DNA of 64,000 bases from Fibrobacteria bacterium (GTDB taxonomy: Bacteria > Fibrobacterota > Fibrobacteria > UBA11236), in the NCBI GenBank assembly GCA_043732185.1, contig JAYTHY010000036.1, positions 1 to 64,000 on the forward strand, in the 5' to 3' direction. The translations under genes were made by a program, and so were the position numbers. The notes under the pieces are model-generated. The model was not told the origin of the DNA. It did not search any database and worked only from the letters and a program-made list of their open reading frames with translations. Positions within the stretch are counted from its first letter, which is position 1. The number at the start of each line of letters is the position of its first letter. Shown here piece after piece: positions 15,866 through 25,376 of the stretch.

Positions 15866-17076
15866 CTAAAGTAACATGGACAACCCCCGCAGATATTCAG
15901 GCGAAAGTCCGAAGGCTGTGGGTGAGTGGACGCATGCTTTCGGCGAGCCTTGTAGGCGAATCTATCTTCCCGCTTTCAATTTCCTTATCTCATCCCGGTT
16001 CGGAGGATTTGTCCAATCGCTTTGAAGAGGCACGGCGTTGGATACAGGATCTGGAAGCCGGGACTAAGGCCGCAAAGGGATTCGGATATGACATTGTCTC
16101 GACGGAAATCAATAACCGGCGTATCGGCCGTAACAGCCTGCCGACGTCGGTGGTATTTCCCACGGAGGCGGACGCCCTACGCTGCATTGGAAAAATCCGC
16201 GAGGCAGAGCTATTCCGATCCCACGCGGCCCTGACTTTGGAAAAACTGCCAGAGCTTGGGCCCTGGATGAATTCCAAGCCGATGAAGCTGCTCGGCCACG
16301 CGGAAAAATGGGAGCGCTTGGTGGCGGTCTTGCTTTGGTTGCGACAGCATCCGCAGCCGAAAATCTATGTCCGCCAGATGGACTTACCCGGAGTGGATAC
16401 CAAGTTTATCGAGTCCTGCGAAGGGATTCTGATCGAGCTGTTCCGTGCGATGTCGCTCGGAGTTGAAACTGTAAGTGCAACAGAGACGGGCGTACTGGGA
16501 GAAGGACTCAAAAGTTTTGAGGCGAAGTTCGGCTTTCTATCTAAGCCCACTTTAATCCGATTCCGTATCCTGGATCCGCGACTGCACATTCAGGGACTAT
16601 CGGACTTGTCTGTGCCGTTAGACGAAGTCGCATCGCTTTCCCTCCCGGTGAAACGCGTATTCATCACCGAGAATGTAATCAACGGCCTGGCCTTCCCACC
16701 TTTGGAAAGCAGTCTGGTTTTATTCGGTTTGGGATACGGAGTTGAGTGTCTTTCCGCTATCTCCTGGTTGCATAAAGTCGAGATTTTTTATTGGGGTGAT
16801 ATCGACACCCATGGTTTCGCCATTCTGGATCGACTACGGATAGGCTTTCCCGCCTGCCGTTCCATCCTCATGGATCGCGAAACCCTGATGTCCCACAAAG
16901 ATTTTTGGGTTGAGGAACGCGTCCCCACAAGGGCGGCGTTGAACCGATTGACGCCTGAAGAGAGTTCTCTGTATGGCGATTTGATCATGAACAGAATTCA
17001 AAACAATTTGCGCCTGGAGCAAGAGCGAATCGGATTCAAGTGGGTTACGGCTGCGCTTGCTACTGGACCTTTATAA
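15853..17076 (+). CDS. jetD: Wadjet Toprim nuclease JetD (DUF3322 + DUF2220)
   Basis: WTTPADI start, YVRQMDLPGVDTKFIE, Toprim ITEN and YWGDIDTHG, RLEQERI; overlaps the jetC end. Confidence 0.93.
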   Translation: MDPLTKVTWTTPADIQAKVRRLWVSGRMLSASLVGESIFPLSISLSHPGSEDLSNRFEEARRWIQDLEAGTKAAKGFGYDIVSTEINNRRIGRNSLPTSVVFPTEADALRCIGKIREAELFRSHAALTLEKLPELGPWMNSKPMKLLGHAEKWERLVAVLLWLRQHPQPKIYVRQMDLPGVDTKFIESCEGILIELFRAMSLGVETVSATETGVLGEGLKSFEAKFGFLSKPTLIRFRILDPRLHIQGLSDLSVPLDEVASLSLPVKRVFITENVINGLAFPPLESSLVLFGLGYGVECLSAISWLHKVEIFYWGDIDTHGFAILDRLRIGFPACRSILMDRETLMSHKDFWVEERVPTRAALNRLTPEESSLYGDLIMNRIQNNLRLEQERIGFKWVTAALATGPL

Positions 17077-17133
17077 TTCGTTCAAGAGTAAAAAGGAATT
17101 TGACGGTATCCTTGGAAAAAAACGGTTCTACAG

Positions 17134-18201
17134 TCATTCTTGTTGACTCACGATTCCAGCCTCAGCATTTTTGGATTCCGATTTGAATACGCGTAAGAGA
17201 TAAAATAGGGCGGGCAGAATTAGGATGGAGCCCACGATTAACGCCATTCCCAGGTGGAAAAGCGTAGACTCGGGCGCATGGGCATTGAAGAAAGTTAAAT
17301 CCGACCCTTCGCGCATTTTGACCAATACAGGGAACTGAACGGTGAACCATGCGAGTAGAATAATGGCCACTTGGGTTCCGACGAGCATACGGGCGATCCA
17401 ATCCCAATTTCGGGTTAAGGCCAATACAAGCAGCGGCATGATCAAGGTGGCGATAAGCACACCAGCCATGGCGGGAATGGAGCTCAGAAACTTGGCTACC
17501 AAAGCGATGCCGTCGCTCTCTGCAGCCCAAAATACCATGGCTCCAGCTAGCATGGATACGCCGCCAGCCACAATAGCTCGCCGCACTAAATGCGCACGGA
17601 TAGTGGCTTCCGAACTTTCACCCACGAGATAGACGGCCGCCAAATAAGCGAATAGACAAACCGTGAAGCCTCCTAAGGCGATTGGAAACGGTCGGAGCCA
17701 CGGCCATATGTAACCTTCGAGATACCCAGTTGGATGGGTTGTGATAGCTCCTGGCACGAGTGCTCCAGTCACCACCCCTAAACAAAAGGGTGTCCACACA
17801 CTTGAGTAGATAAAGAAGAGCGTGTAGGCCCGTTGCGATCGTCCCTTTACGGCATCGTAATGTCGAAAGGTGAAAGAGCATCCCCTTGCGATGATTCCCA
17901 GTAGCATGGCCGTGAGTGGTAGGTGAAGGTTAGTAGAGACACGGCTGTATACGGTCGGGAATCCCATAAAAAGTATGACAACGATTAAGATGAGCCAAAT
18001 ATGGTTGGCTTCCCAGACGGGACCTAAGGCACGGTCGATGATTTCCCGTTGTACGCGTCGATTCTCACGCCCCATGAAAATTTCAAGTACGCCTGCTCCG
18101 AAATCTGCGCCTGCGAGAAGACAATACAAGAGCAAGGAGACGCCTAAGAAGGCGATGATAACCCAAAGCATTCCGGGAACGTCACTGGGGAGATCAGGCA
18201 C
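17134..18201 (-). CDS. cydB: Cytochrome bd ubiquinol oxidase subunit II
   Basis: GADFGAG and GPVWEANHIWLI motifs, multiple TM helices; overlaps the cydA end. Confidence 0.93.
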   Translation of the reverse strand: MPDLPSDVPGMLWVIIAFLGVSLLLYCLLAGADFGAGVLEIFMGRENRRVQREIIDRALGPVWEANHIWLILIVVILFMGFPTVYSRVSTNLHLPLTAMLLGIIARGCSFTFRHYDAVKGRSQRAYTLFFIYSSVWTPFCLGVVTGALVPGAITTHPTGYLEGYIWPWLRPFPIALGGFTVCLFAYLAAVYLVGESSEATIRAHLVRRAIVAGGVSMLAGAMVFWAAESDGIALVAKFLSSIPAMAGVLIATLIMPLLVLALTRNWDWIARMLVGTQVAIILLAWFTVQFPVLVKMREGSDLTFFNAHAPESTLFHLGMALIVGSILILPALFYLLRVFKSESKNAEAGIVSQQE

Positions 18202-19498
18202 CGGTTTCCTCCATCGCTTGGATCTGCCTTAACAGCAGCCATGAAACCACAATAGCCAAGAACAAATAAACAGCAGAAAAGACTAGGAAGGGGTAAACCA
18301 GTCCTGGCATGGGCGTGAGTGCATCGCGCGTGCGCATGATTCCATAGATGATCCAAGGTTGGCGACCGACTTCTGTGACCACCCAACCGGCTTCAAGGGC
18401 CAGAAAGCCTAATGGGGTGGCGAGGCCTGTGGTGATTAAAAAGACAGGATGCACAACCAAATGGGGACGACGCCAGGATAAATAAAGGAAAGCTAAGCCC
18501 AAGGCAGCCAATACCGAGCCCGCTCCTACCATGATCTGGAAAGCACCGTGGACAATCATGACGGGCGGCCAATCCGATTCGGGGAAATCTTCTAAACCTT
18601 TTACTTCGGCGTGGGGGTCACCAAAGGCCAAGACGCTTAAGAGGTAAGGAAGTTTGATGGCATAGCGGACCGTTTTCTCTTTTACGTTTGGTATTCCCCC
18701 AAGGATAAGGGGCGCGCCTTGTTCGGTATGAAAATGAGCCTCCATGGCCGCCAACTTAATGGGTTGCCTGACCGCCGTACCTTTGGCCAAAAGATCGCCA
18801 CTTAGAGGCTGGAGTAAGGCGGCGATGGAACCGATGAGCAGTGCAATCTTGAAAGCTTCTAGGTGTAGGATGGAAGTAGGTCGGCGCCAGAGCAATAAAG
18901 CGTGAAGGCCACCGACTGCAAAACAGGTTGCTTCAAAAGCTGCCAAAGTCATATGCAGGGCTTGGGTCTTCCAGGCATCATTGAACATGGCTCGGAAGGG
19001 ATCAACATCTATGGCTTGTCCATTAACCCAAGTGAACCCAGCGGGGCTATTCATCCAGGCATTGGCGCATACGACAAAGACTCCGGAGAGAACTCCCGTA
19101 ATCCCCACAGCAACCCCCACTCCCCAGTGCACCCAAGGCTTGAGGCGATTCCAGCCGTATAGAAATAAACCCAGCGCAATCGCTTCCAAAAAGAAAGCCG
19201 TGCCTTCCCAAGAAAATGGCATACCAAAAATGGGCCCGGCATGTTCCATGAATTTTGGCCAAAGCAGGCCGAGTTCGAAGGAGAGCGCGGTTCCAGAAAC
19301 GGCTCCGGTGGCGAAAAAAATGGCTACGCCCCGCGACCACGCCTTGGTGAGATCACGATAAACCGGATTACCCGTGCGCAACCAACGGAAGTGGGAAATG
19401 GCCATAAGAAAAGGCATAGCCATACCAATACACGCAAAGCCAATGTGAAAGCCAAGTGAAACCGCCATCTGGGATCGAGCGGCGAGCAAATCCTGCAT
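18194..19498 (-). CDS. cydA: Cytochrome bd ubiquinol oxidase subunit I (short Q-loop)
   Basis: SLGFHI, GAVSG, ANAWMNSP, QPIKLAAMEA and EAGWVVTEVGRQPW motifs. Confidence 0.95.
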   Translation of the reverse strand: MQDLLAARSQMAVSLGFHIGFACIGMAMPFLMAISHFRWLRTGNPVYRDLTKAWSRGVAIFFATGAVSGTALSFELGLLWPKFMEHAGPIFGMPFSWEGTAFFLEAIALGLFLYGWNRLKPWVHWGVGVAVGITGVLSGVFVVCANAWMNSPAGFTWVNGQAIDVDPFRAMFNDAWKTQALHMTLAAFEATCFAVGGLHALLLWRRPTSILHLEAFKIALLIGSIAALLQPLSGDLLAKGTAVRQPIKLAAMEAHFHTEQGAPLILGGIPNVKEKTVRYAIKLPYLLSVLAFGDPHAEVKGLEDFPESDWPPVMIVHGAFQIMVGAGSVLAALGLAFLYLSWRRPHLVVHPVFLITTGLATPLGFLALEAGWVVTEVGRQPWIIYGIMRTRDALTPMPGLVYPFLVFSAVYLFLAIVVSWLLLRQIQAMEETGA

Positions 19499-19561
19499 TC
19501 CCTTAAAGGTAGCAAGGATGCCTTAAGCGCCGCCCTTTCCGCTTGAAGAATACGAGAGGGT

Positions 19562-19600
19562 TTCCACCAAGTCCACCTCAGCGCCAGCCGCGGTACGATA
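19562..19600 (-). pseudogene. DUF4143-like (AAA-associated PD-(D/E)XK) fragment in frame with the ISL3 relic
   Basis: YRTAAGAEVDLVE matches the 'yyRt..G.EvDlv' motif of DUF4143; very short. Confidence 0.5.
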
Positions 19601-19609
19601 AAGAATCTT

Positions 19610-19700
19610 TAGTCGACTGTATTCACTCTTACGGATTTCATCCAAGGCATTTCCTAAATGTCCCATCACGTGGAACTTGTCAAACAATATGGCCGCCCCC
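19610..19700 (-). mobile_element. ISL3-family transposase relic (about 30 codons)
   Basis: Hand translation of the - strand gives AAILFDKFHVMGHLGNALDEIRKSEYSRL, the characteristic ISL3 'D(K/R)FHV' segment. Not in the ORF track. Confidence 0.75.
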
Positions 19701-19752
19701 TCGTAAGGTCACTGACCACAATATTTTGAGAGGCCATTTTTTTATCTGCTGT

Positions 19753-20085
19753 TTACCGAATTGTTTCGAGCTTTACCGCGGTGCCATAACATAACACCTC
19801 CGTTACTCCACCCATGACTTCTGTGGCATCGTAGCGTACACCGACCACCCCGTCGGCTCCGACTGCAACCGCGTGCGTCAGCATTTTGGTGAAGGCGTCT
19901 TGTCTGGCCCGTTCACATAATGAAGTGTATAGGGTGATATTTCCGCCGAACAAGATTTGAATACCGGCGCCGATATTCCCAAAAATGGACCGCGATCGGA
20001 CTACAATGCCTCGGACCACTCCCAAATTTTCTTTAGTTTTGGATCCACTTATTTCAAAAGTCGTAGACGTGTGCTTAATGTTCAT
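19753..20085 (-). CDS. YbjQ/UPF0145 family protein
   Basis: LGVVRG.VVRSRS...GG.IT.YT.L...AR..A...M...A...[11 protein letters not shown]...EVLCYGTAV. Confidence 0.9.
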   Translation of the reverse strand: MNIKHTSTTFEISGSKTKENLGVVRGIVVRSRSIFGNIGAGIQILFGGNITLYTSLCERARQDAFTKMLTHAVAVGADGVVGVRYDATEVMGGVTEVLCYGTAVKLETIR

Positions 20086-20165
20086 ATCGGCATCGCTCCA
20101 TTTCTAATTTGCAAATAAAACCGTGACGTAAAGAAATAAAATTTGATTTGTAAACGGGCACGCAG

Positions 20166-21062
20166 TCATCGATCCAGCCTTTTACCCGAAGCTTCAAAAT
20201 ACTCGGAACCTTCAGTTCGGCCACCTGCCGCGGACCGGATGAACAGGGCGTGGCCAATACTTGGCACCACGGATTGCCGGGAGCGATGGCTTTTTCCCGA
20301 CTCGGAATAGGCGACTGCGGTTGTGGTCAGCCCCAGAGCGTATTGCACACCGCCCCACACATGCCCTAGAAAAAGCGAATCCGAATAGCTCGCCGTTGTA
20401 TGTCCCATGGCGGTTACCCAGGCGCGCCCGCCCAAGTAGCTGTCATACCAGCTCATGGGGTGATCCTTACCTGGAGTCCCACCAGTAAAACTGGCTTCAT
20501 CCACGGTAACGAGCACGTGCACTTTGGTAATTGTCGAATTGCGCGGATTGGTTTTGAAGTTGTAAATCTCGTCCGTGCGTCTCCATCGGCGCGGCAATAG
20601 TTTAGTGGAAATGTCGTTTGTGTCTTCCACTACAATGTTTTGCACCGTATTCAGGTTTCCCGCTAGGTTCAAGAACCAGGCTCCACCGAGTAGTATTCCA
20701 TAAAAAGGCCATAGGTATTCTGTATCGAGTGCCGAATGGATGGCGACCAATCCACCTCCGGCCTTAAACCATTTCTCAAAGGCAAGTTGCTGGGTTGCAT
20801 CCAATATGTCTCCGCTCGTTTTGAGAAAGACAATGGATTTGTACTTGACCAAGCCAGTGTCCGTGAACAGCCCTGCGTCTTCGGAGAGGTCCACCACAAC
20901 CCCCTTTTTTTCCAGAAAGGCTTTCAAGGCGAGGCGTGCTGGAGTGATATTGTCTTCCCGATATCCTTGTGTTTTGGTCATAATCAGGATTCGGTCGGCT
21001 GCGTTTGAGGTCAACGCCAATGTAAGGGTCAGTGCAGTGCGGAGCATTATTTTTTTGAGCAT
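20166..21062 (-). CDS. Secreted ThuA-like (class I glutamine amidotransferase-like) protein with short C-terminal sorting-like tail
   Basis: Signal peptide (LTLTLALTSNA), GGGLVAIHSALDTEY, DEIYNF, DHPMSW and GGRAWVTAMGH motifs; tail ends YFEASGKRLDR. Confidence 0.85.
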   Translation of the reverse strand: MLKKIMLRTALTLTLALTSNAADRILIMTKTQGYREDNITPARLALKAFLEKKGVVVDLSEDAGLFTDTGLVKYKSIVFLKTSGDILDATQQLAFEKWFKAGGGLVAIHSALDTEYLWPFYGILLGGAWFLNLAGNLNTVQNIVVEDTNDISTKLLPRRWRRTDEIYNFKTNPRNSTITKVHVLVTVDEASFTGGTPGKDHPMSWYDSYLGGRAWVTAMGHTTASYSDSLFLGHVWGGVQYALGLTTTAVAYSESGKSHRSRQSVVPSIGHALFIRSAAGGRTEGSEYFEASGKRLDR

Positions 21063-21159
21063 AGAAACATCCGGAGTTAAAGGTCTGACCTGGGTGTGGC
21101 AATTCAGTCTTTAAATGTAATCAGGAGTCACAGCCCACAGGGGCCGGAATTTTTTGCAG

Positions 21160-21930
21160 CTACCAGGAAACAGTGATTTTGAACTGGTACGGAGAGGTGT
21201 CGGTGCCAAGCACCAAAACGCCTTCTTTTCCTTGGAAAAAAACTGGTCCTGGACCGGCCTTGCCGCCGATTCTTATACCGTCTACCAAAGCTCCATGTTC
21301 GCTGCCCCTGTCCAGAACTCCGATTTTTCCTTGGTCCCAAACGATGCTGACATGGTGCCTGGCGATTTGGGCCGGGTCGGTATCCTCGATTTCAAAATGG
21401 TTGTATAGAAAAGGATCGCTGCTCTTTCTGCCAATTTTGAGCGGAAAGGTTTTAATGACAAAGGGGTTGTTGCTGATGGAAGCAATGGCTCTGGGTGTCA
21501 TGCCTTCAATGGAGAAAACTTCCGTCTTGCTCCCCGGGTCCCTTAAATTGGCCAATCGGGCCGGACTCTTGGCGTCTGGATCGATATTGGCGATTAGCGT
21601 ATTGGCTTCCCGAAGGCGTTCGAAAATGCTTTTCAGGAACTTGCCGAAAATATCTGGACTTTCCTTCATCGCCGCGTACAAGTCGTCACGATGGAACTCC
21701 CTTACTACAGTTTCCGTAACCGCTTTGACCGTGGCACTGCGAGGAAGGTCGTCCACCATGCTCATTTCACCGAACGTGGCCCCTTGGCTTAGGAATGCGA
21801 TATGTACGTTTTTTCCATTGCTCAGTTTGGTAACTTCCACTTTACCGGATTCGATAATGTAGGCGGATTCACCCAATTCATTTTCCCGGATGATCACATC
21901 TTCCGGTTTCAATTGCCAAGTATTTACCAT
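21160..21930 (-). CDS. Cyclic-nucleotide-binding domain + FHA domain protein
   Basis: IIESGKVEV...FGEMSMVDDLPRSATVKA (cNMP); LKIGRK...IARHH...LDRGSEHGALVDG (FHA-like). Confidence 0.85.
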   Translation of the reverse strand: MVNTWQLKPEDVIIRENELGESAYIIESGKVEVTKLSNGKNVHIAFLSQGATFGEMSMVDDLPRSATVKAVTETVVREFHRDDLYAAMKESPDIFGKFLKSIFERLREANTLIANIDPDAKSPARLANLRDPGSKTEVFSIEGMTPRAIASISNNPFVIKTFPLKIGRKSSDPFLYNHFEIEDTDPAQIARHHVSIVWDQGKIGVLDRGSEHGALVDGIRIGGKAGPGPVFFQGKEGVLVLGTDTSPYQFKITVSW

Positions 21931-22047
21931 CTATATCTCCCCAACCATATCCACAAAAGCTTTTAATTATATCCTGATGTGAAAAGATTTCAATTGAAAT
22001 CCATCGGCAGGACAGGCGGGAAGGGCGATTTTGAACTCAAAAACCTG

Positions 22048-23055
22048 CTATTTGGGCCGCTTGAAATACTTCTTGGGGGCGCCAGTGCCTTGTCGCAGCG
22101 CTTTGCGGGTTTTTTCCGGGAGAGCGCGGACAGCTTGGCATTTTTCCGAACAGCAGCCCTGAAACTTTAGCGCGCAGGCAGCACATTGGATAAATAGGAT
22201 ATGGCAGGCTTCGTTGTCGCAATTGTGATGCGTATCCGCTGGGGCATTGCAAAGGTGGCAGGTAGAAACGATGTCGTCCGAAATCCGTTCGGCCAAGCGT
22301 TCGTCAAAGACAAAATTTTTGCCCCTGAATTTGTTTTCTAATCCCTCAGATTTGACTTGGCGGAAATATTCGATAATGCCGCCTTCCAATTGAAATACTT
22401 GTTTAAATCCCTTGTGTTTGAAATACGCGCTGGCTTTTTCACAGCGAATGCCGCCGGTGCAGTACATGACCAATTGCTTGTCTTGTTTATGTTCTTTAAG
22501 ATCGGATTCGATGATATCCAAGGATTCCCTGAAGGTATCCACATCGGGTTTTATCGCGCCTTCAAAATGGCCTATTTCACTTTCAAAATGGTTCCGCATG
22601 TCTACTAAAACAGTATTGGCCTGCGCAATGATTGTGTTGAAATCAGCGGCTTTCAGGTGAGTGCCTATTCTGGTTGCATCAAATGTGGGGTCTTCGATTC
22701 CGTCCGCGACAATTTTATTTCGGACTTTGATGGTTAGTTTTAAAAAGGATTTGTCGTTTTGTTCTACTGCGATATTAAGTCTGATGCCATTGAGAAATGG
22801 AATGCTGAATAAATACTCTTTCCAAGCTTCAAATGCATCGGCCGGTACAGACAATTGGGCATTGATGCCCTCATGGGCGACATAAATTCTGCCGAGCACG
22901 TTGAACTTTTCAAAGGCTAGGAATAAATCATCACGAAAGGTTTTTGGATTATCCAGTCGATGGTATTTATAAAAGGATACAGTGATGCGCGCTTGCCCGG
23001 CGGTCTCGATCAATTGGGCGCGTTGTGCGGCGCTGAGAGTGTTGTGAAGTCGCAT
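22048..23055 (-). CDS. trhO: tRNA uridine(34) hydroxylase, rhodanese-related (YceA/TrhO)
   Basis: SFYKY, GRIYVAHEGINAQ, DMRNHFESEIGHF, MYCTGGIRCEKAS and GKNFVFDER motifs; Cys-rich C-terminus. Confidence 0.93.
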   Translation of the reverse strand: MRLHNTLSAAQRAQLIETAGQARITVSFYKYHRLDNPKTFRDDLFLAFEKFNVLGRIYVAHEGINAQLSVPADAFEAWKEYLFSIPFLNGIRLNIAVEQNDKSFLKLTIKVRNKIVADGIEDPTFDATRIGTHLKAADFNTIIAQANTVLVDMRNHFESEIGHFEGAIKPDVDTFRESLDIIESDLKEHKQDKQLVMYCTGGIRCEKASAYFKHKGFKQVFQLEGGIIEYFRQVKSEGLENKFRGKNFVFDERLAERISDDIVSTCHLCNAPADTHHNCDNEACHILFIQCAACALKFQGCCSEKCQAVRALPEKTRKALRQGTGAPKKYFKRPK

Positions 23056-23216
23056 CGGTTCGCGGAAGTCTTTAATCGTTGATCGTTATTCCATAATCAA
23101 TAATCGATAAGGTTAAAAAATAGCCAGGCATTTGGCATAGAAGACTTTGAGATTCCTTTTGGCCTTTACTTGGTGACTTTTTTTAGTAAACTAGAGGCCT
23201 CTTATTGGAGGGTTTG

Positions 23217-24293
23217 ATGGCCGAACAAATCAGAGTTTTAGTAGTGGGTTGCGGTCATATGGGTCGATCCCATGCGCGCGCATATCAGAAAATAGCTGGC
23301 TTTGAAGTAGTCGGGTTAGTCAGTCGTGGAGATGGCAGCCGTGAAAAATTAGCGGCGGAACTCGGCGGTTCAATTGCCCAATATGGGGATTATGAAACGG
23401 CGCTGAAAGAAACACGTCCGGATGCTGTGTCCATCAACACCTATCCAGACACGCACGCTAAATATGCCATTATGGCATTGGAAGCCGGCGCCCATGTTTT
23501 TTTGGAAAAGCCAGTTGCCGAGACAGTAGCGGATGCTGAAAAAGTGGTGCAATTGTCGAAAAAAATGGGGAAAAAATTAGTGGTGGGTTATATCCTCCAC
23601 CATCATCCCGCCTATGCCAAGTTTGTGGAAATCGGAAAAACCTTGGGCAAGCCCATGGTGATGCGCATGAATCTGAACCAGCAAAGCTTTGGGCCGGAAT
23701 GGGAAACGCATAAGAATCTAATGTCTTCCATCTCACCAATCGTTGATTGCGGAGTCCACTACGTTGACCTCATGTGTCAGGTCACGGGTTCCAAACCGAA
23801 GCGCGTCCATGCCATCGGTGCGCGCTTGACGGAAGAAATTGCCAAGGGCATGTATAATTACGGGCAATTGCAGATCACCTTTGAGGACGGGTCCGTGGGC
23901 TGGTATGAAGCCGGTTGGGGCCCGATGATGAGCAAGGTCGCTTTTTTCGTCAAGGACATGATTGGTCCTAAAGGTTGCGTGAGCATTGTAGGCGACGGCA
24001 AACGCACTGAAGATTCCGCCGATATTGATAGCCATACCAAAACCAATTCCTTACTCGTGCATCGATCGGGATTGGATGCGCAGGGTAAATTTCTGGAACC
24101 GGATCAAGTCATTGACATGGCCGATGAACCCGGACATCAAGACCTTTGCGATCGCGAACAGGCTTTTTTCCTGAAGGCCATCCGCGAAGATATGGATCTC
24201 ACTTTGCATTTAAGCAGTGCCGTGGACAGTCTCAGAATTGTTCTGGCCGCCGACGAGTCTTTTAGGACCGGAAAGATTATTGAACTGAACTAA
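23217..24293 (+). CDS. Gfo/Idh/MocA family NAD(P)-dependent sugar oxidoreductase
   Basis: GCGHMG Rossmann motif, EKP motif, DCGVHYVD; GGAGG RBS before ATG 23217. Confidence 0.9.
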   Translation: MAEQIRVLVVGCGHMGRSHARAYQKIAGFEVVGLVSRGDGSREKLAAELGGSIAQYGDYETALKETRPDAVSINTYPDTHAKYAIMALEAGAHVFLEKPVAETVADAEKVVQLSKKMGKKLVVGYILHHHPAYAKFVEIGKTLGKPMVMRMNLNQQSFGPEWETHKNLMSSISPIVDCGVHYVDLMCQVTGSKPKRVHAIGARLTEEIAKGMYNYGQLQITFEDGSVGWYEAGWGPMMSKVAFFVKDMIGPKGCVSIVGDGKRTEDSADIDSHTKTNSLLVHRSGLDAQGKFLEPDQVIDMADEPGHQDLCDREQAFFLKAIREDMDLTLHLSSAVDSLRIVLAADESFRTGKIIELN

Positions 24294-24331
24294 TGACCTG
24301 GACCGGCGAGGGGAAAGCCGGGTCTAGGTCA
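24294..24331. terminator. Hairpin between convergent genes
   Basis: TGACCTGGACC...GGTCTAGGTCA arms with an inner CCGGC/GCCGG stem, immediately after the oxidoreductase stop. Confidence 0.55.
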
Positions 24332-24336
24332 CAGGG

Positions 24337-25320
24337 TTAAGTTTTGTATGTGTTGACTTTTTTATACGCCAGTGGCGAGAGTCCAATACTCTTTTTAAAG
24401 GCCCGGCTGAATGAATACAAGGAATCGTATCCGCTGGCCTGGGCCACCTGTGACACATTCAATCCAGAATTCACAAGTAGGGATCGGGCACGATTCATCC
24501 TCACCTTTTGGATATAGGTTCCCAGGCTCATCCCCATGCGCTTTCGGAACAAAAGCCGCAAGTGACTTTCCGAATAAGGGAACCGTTCTGCCAAATCCGG
24601 TATTTTGAGATTCCGATCAAAATTGTCCCATATATATCGATTGATTTGATCGATAACAGACGGCCGTTCCATGGACGTTCGGCTATGGACTCGCCCATCA
24701 TACTTCATCAGTTCGAGGAGGAGCAGTCCGGTCAGCAGGCCGAGCGATGTGCCCATTTCCTTTTCCGCCCCGGATTTTTCAAGGTATAAGGATACCAGGC
24801 TCGTCAGGTATTGACGGGCAACATCGCCAATGGAATTGACACGGTTGCGGAGAACGGCAATCGATTCGCTTTGGTTCAGCTCAAAGGTGAGAAACAACCA
24901 GCGAATGGACTGGGACTTGGGCGGATGGAAATGATGAAATTGATGGGGAAAAATCAACAAACACTCGCCCGGATAGAGGTCAAAGTTGCGATTGTCGACA
25001 GTTACGCTGCCTTGAGTACGCAGGTTTACAATAAACACAAAGCGATAGTGGTAGTGGTGTTCCTGACCAAGCATACCGGCGGTGTTGCGTTGAAACAGAA
25101 TGAGATTGTTCGGGAGTTCAAATGGTGAAAGCACCAGCCCCCGAAAAAAACTGCGTGGTTCCGGCAGGTTTTTGGAAATTTTTTCCATTGCCTCCAATTC
25201 GGAATTGTCCATGCCGAAATAATACCTTGAAAGACCAGACTTGGGAAGCGGTCCCTCAAAAATCACCTGAATAAGCCATTTTTTAATCGGTTTTGCTAAA
25301 AAATCAAGCAATGTGGGCAC
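24337..25320 (-). CDS. AraC family transcriptional regulator
   Basis: Cupin sensor region (HHYHYR, HQFHHF) and C-terminal AraC HTH (SESHLRLLF...VSQVAQASGYDSLYSFSRAFKK); may start at ATG 25212. Confidence 0.92.
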   Translation of the reverse strand: MPTLLDFLAKPIKKWLIQVIFEGPLPKSGLSRYYFGMDNSELEAMEKISKNLPEPRSFFRGLVLSPFELPNNLILFQRNTAGMLGQEHHYHYRFVFIVNLRTQGSVTVDNRNFDLYPGECLLIFPHQFHHFHPPKSQSIRWLFLTFELNQSESIAVLRNRVNSIGDVARQYLTSLVSLYLEKSGAEKEMGTSLGLLTGLLLLELMKYDGRVHSRTSMERPSVIDQINRYIWDNFDRNLKIPDLAERFPYSESHLRLLFRKRMGMSLGTYIQKVRMNRARSLLVNSGLNVSQVAQASGYDSLYSFSRAFKKSIGLSPLAYKKVNTYKT

Positions 25321-25376
25321 ATGGATCCGAGTGGGAATGGGTAGATTTATAACGAGTGGAACAGAGGAGTATTTGA

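Noticed and set aside
19543..19794. 83-aa + strand ORF
   Set aside because: No recognisable features; the opposite strand carries the ISL3/DUF4143 relic.
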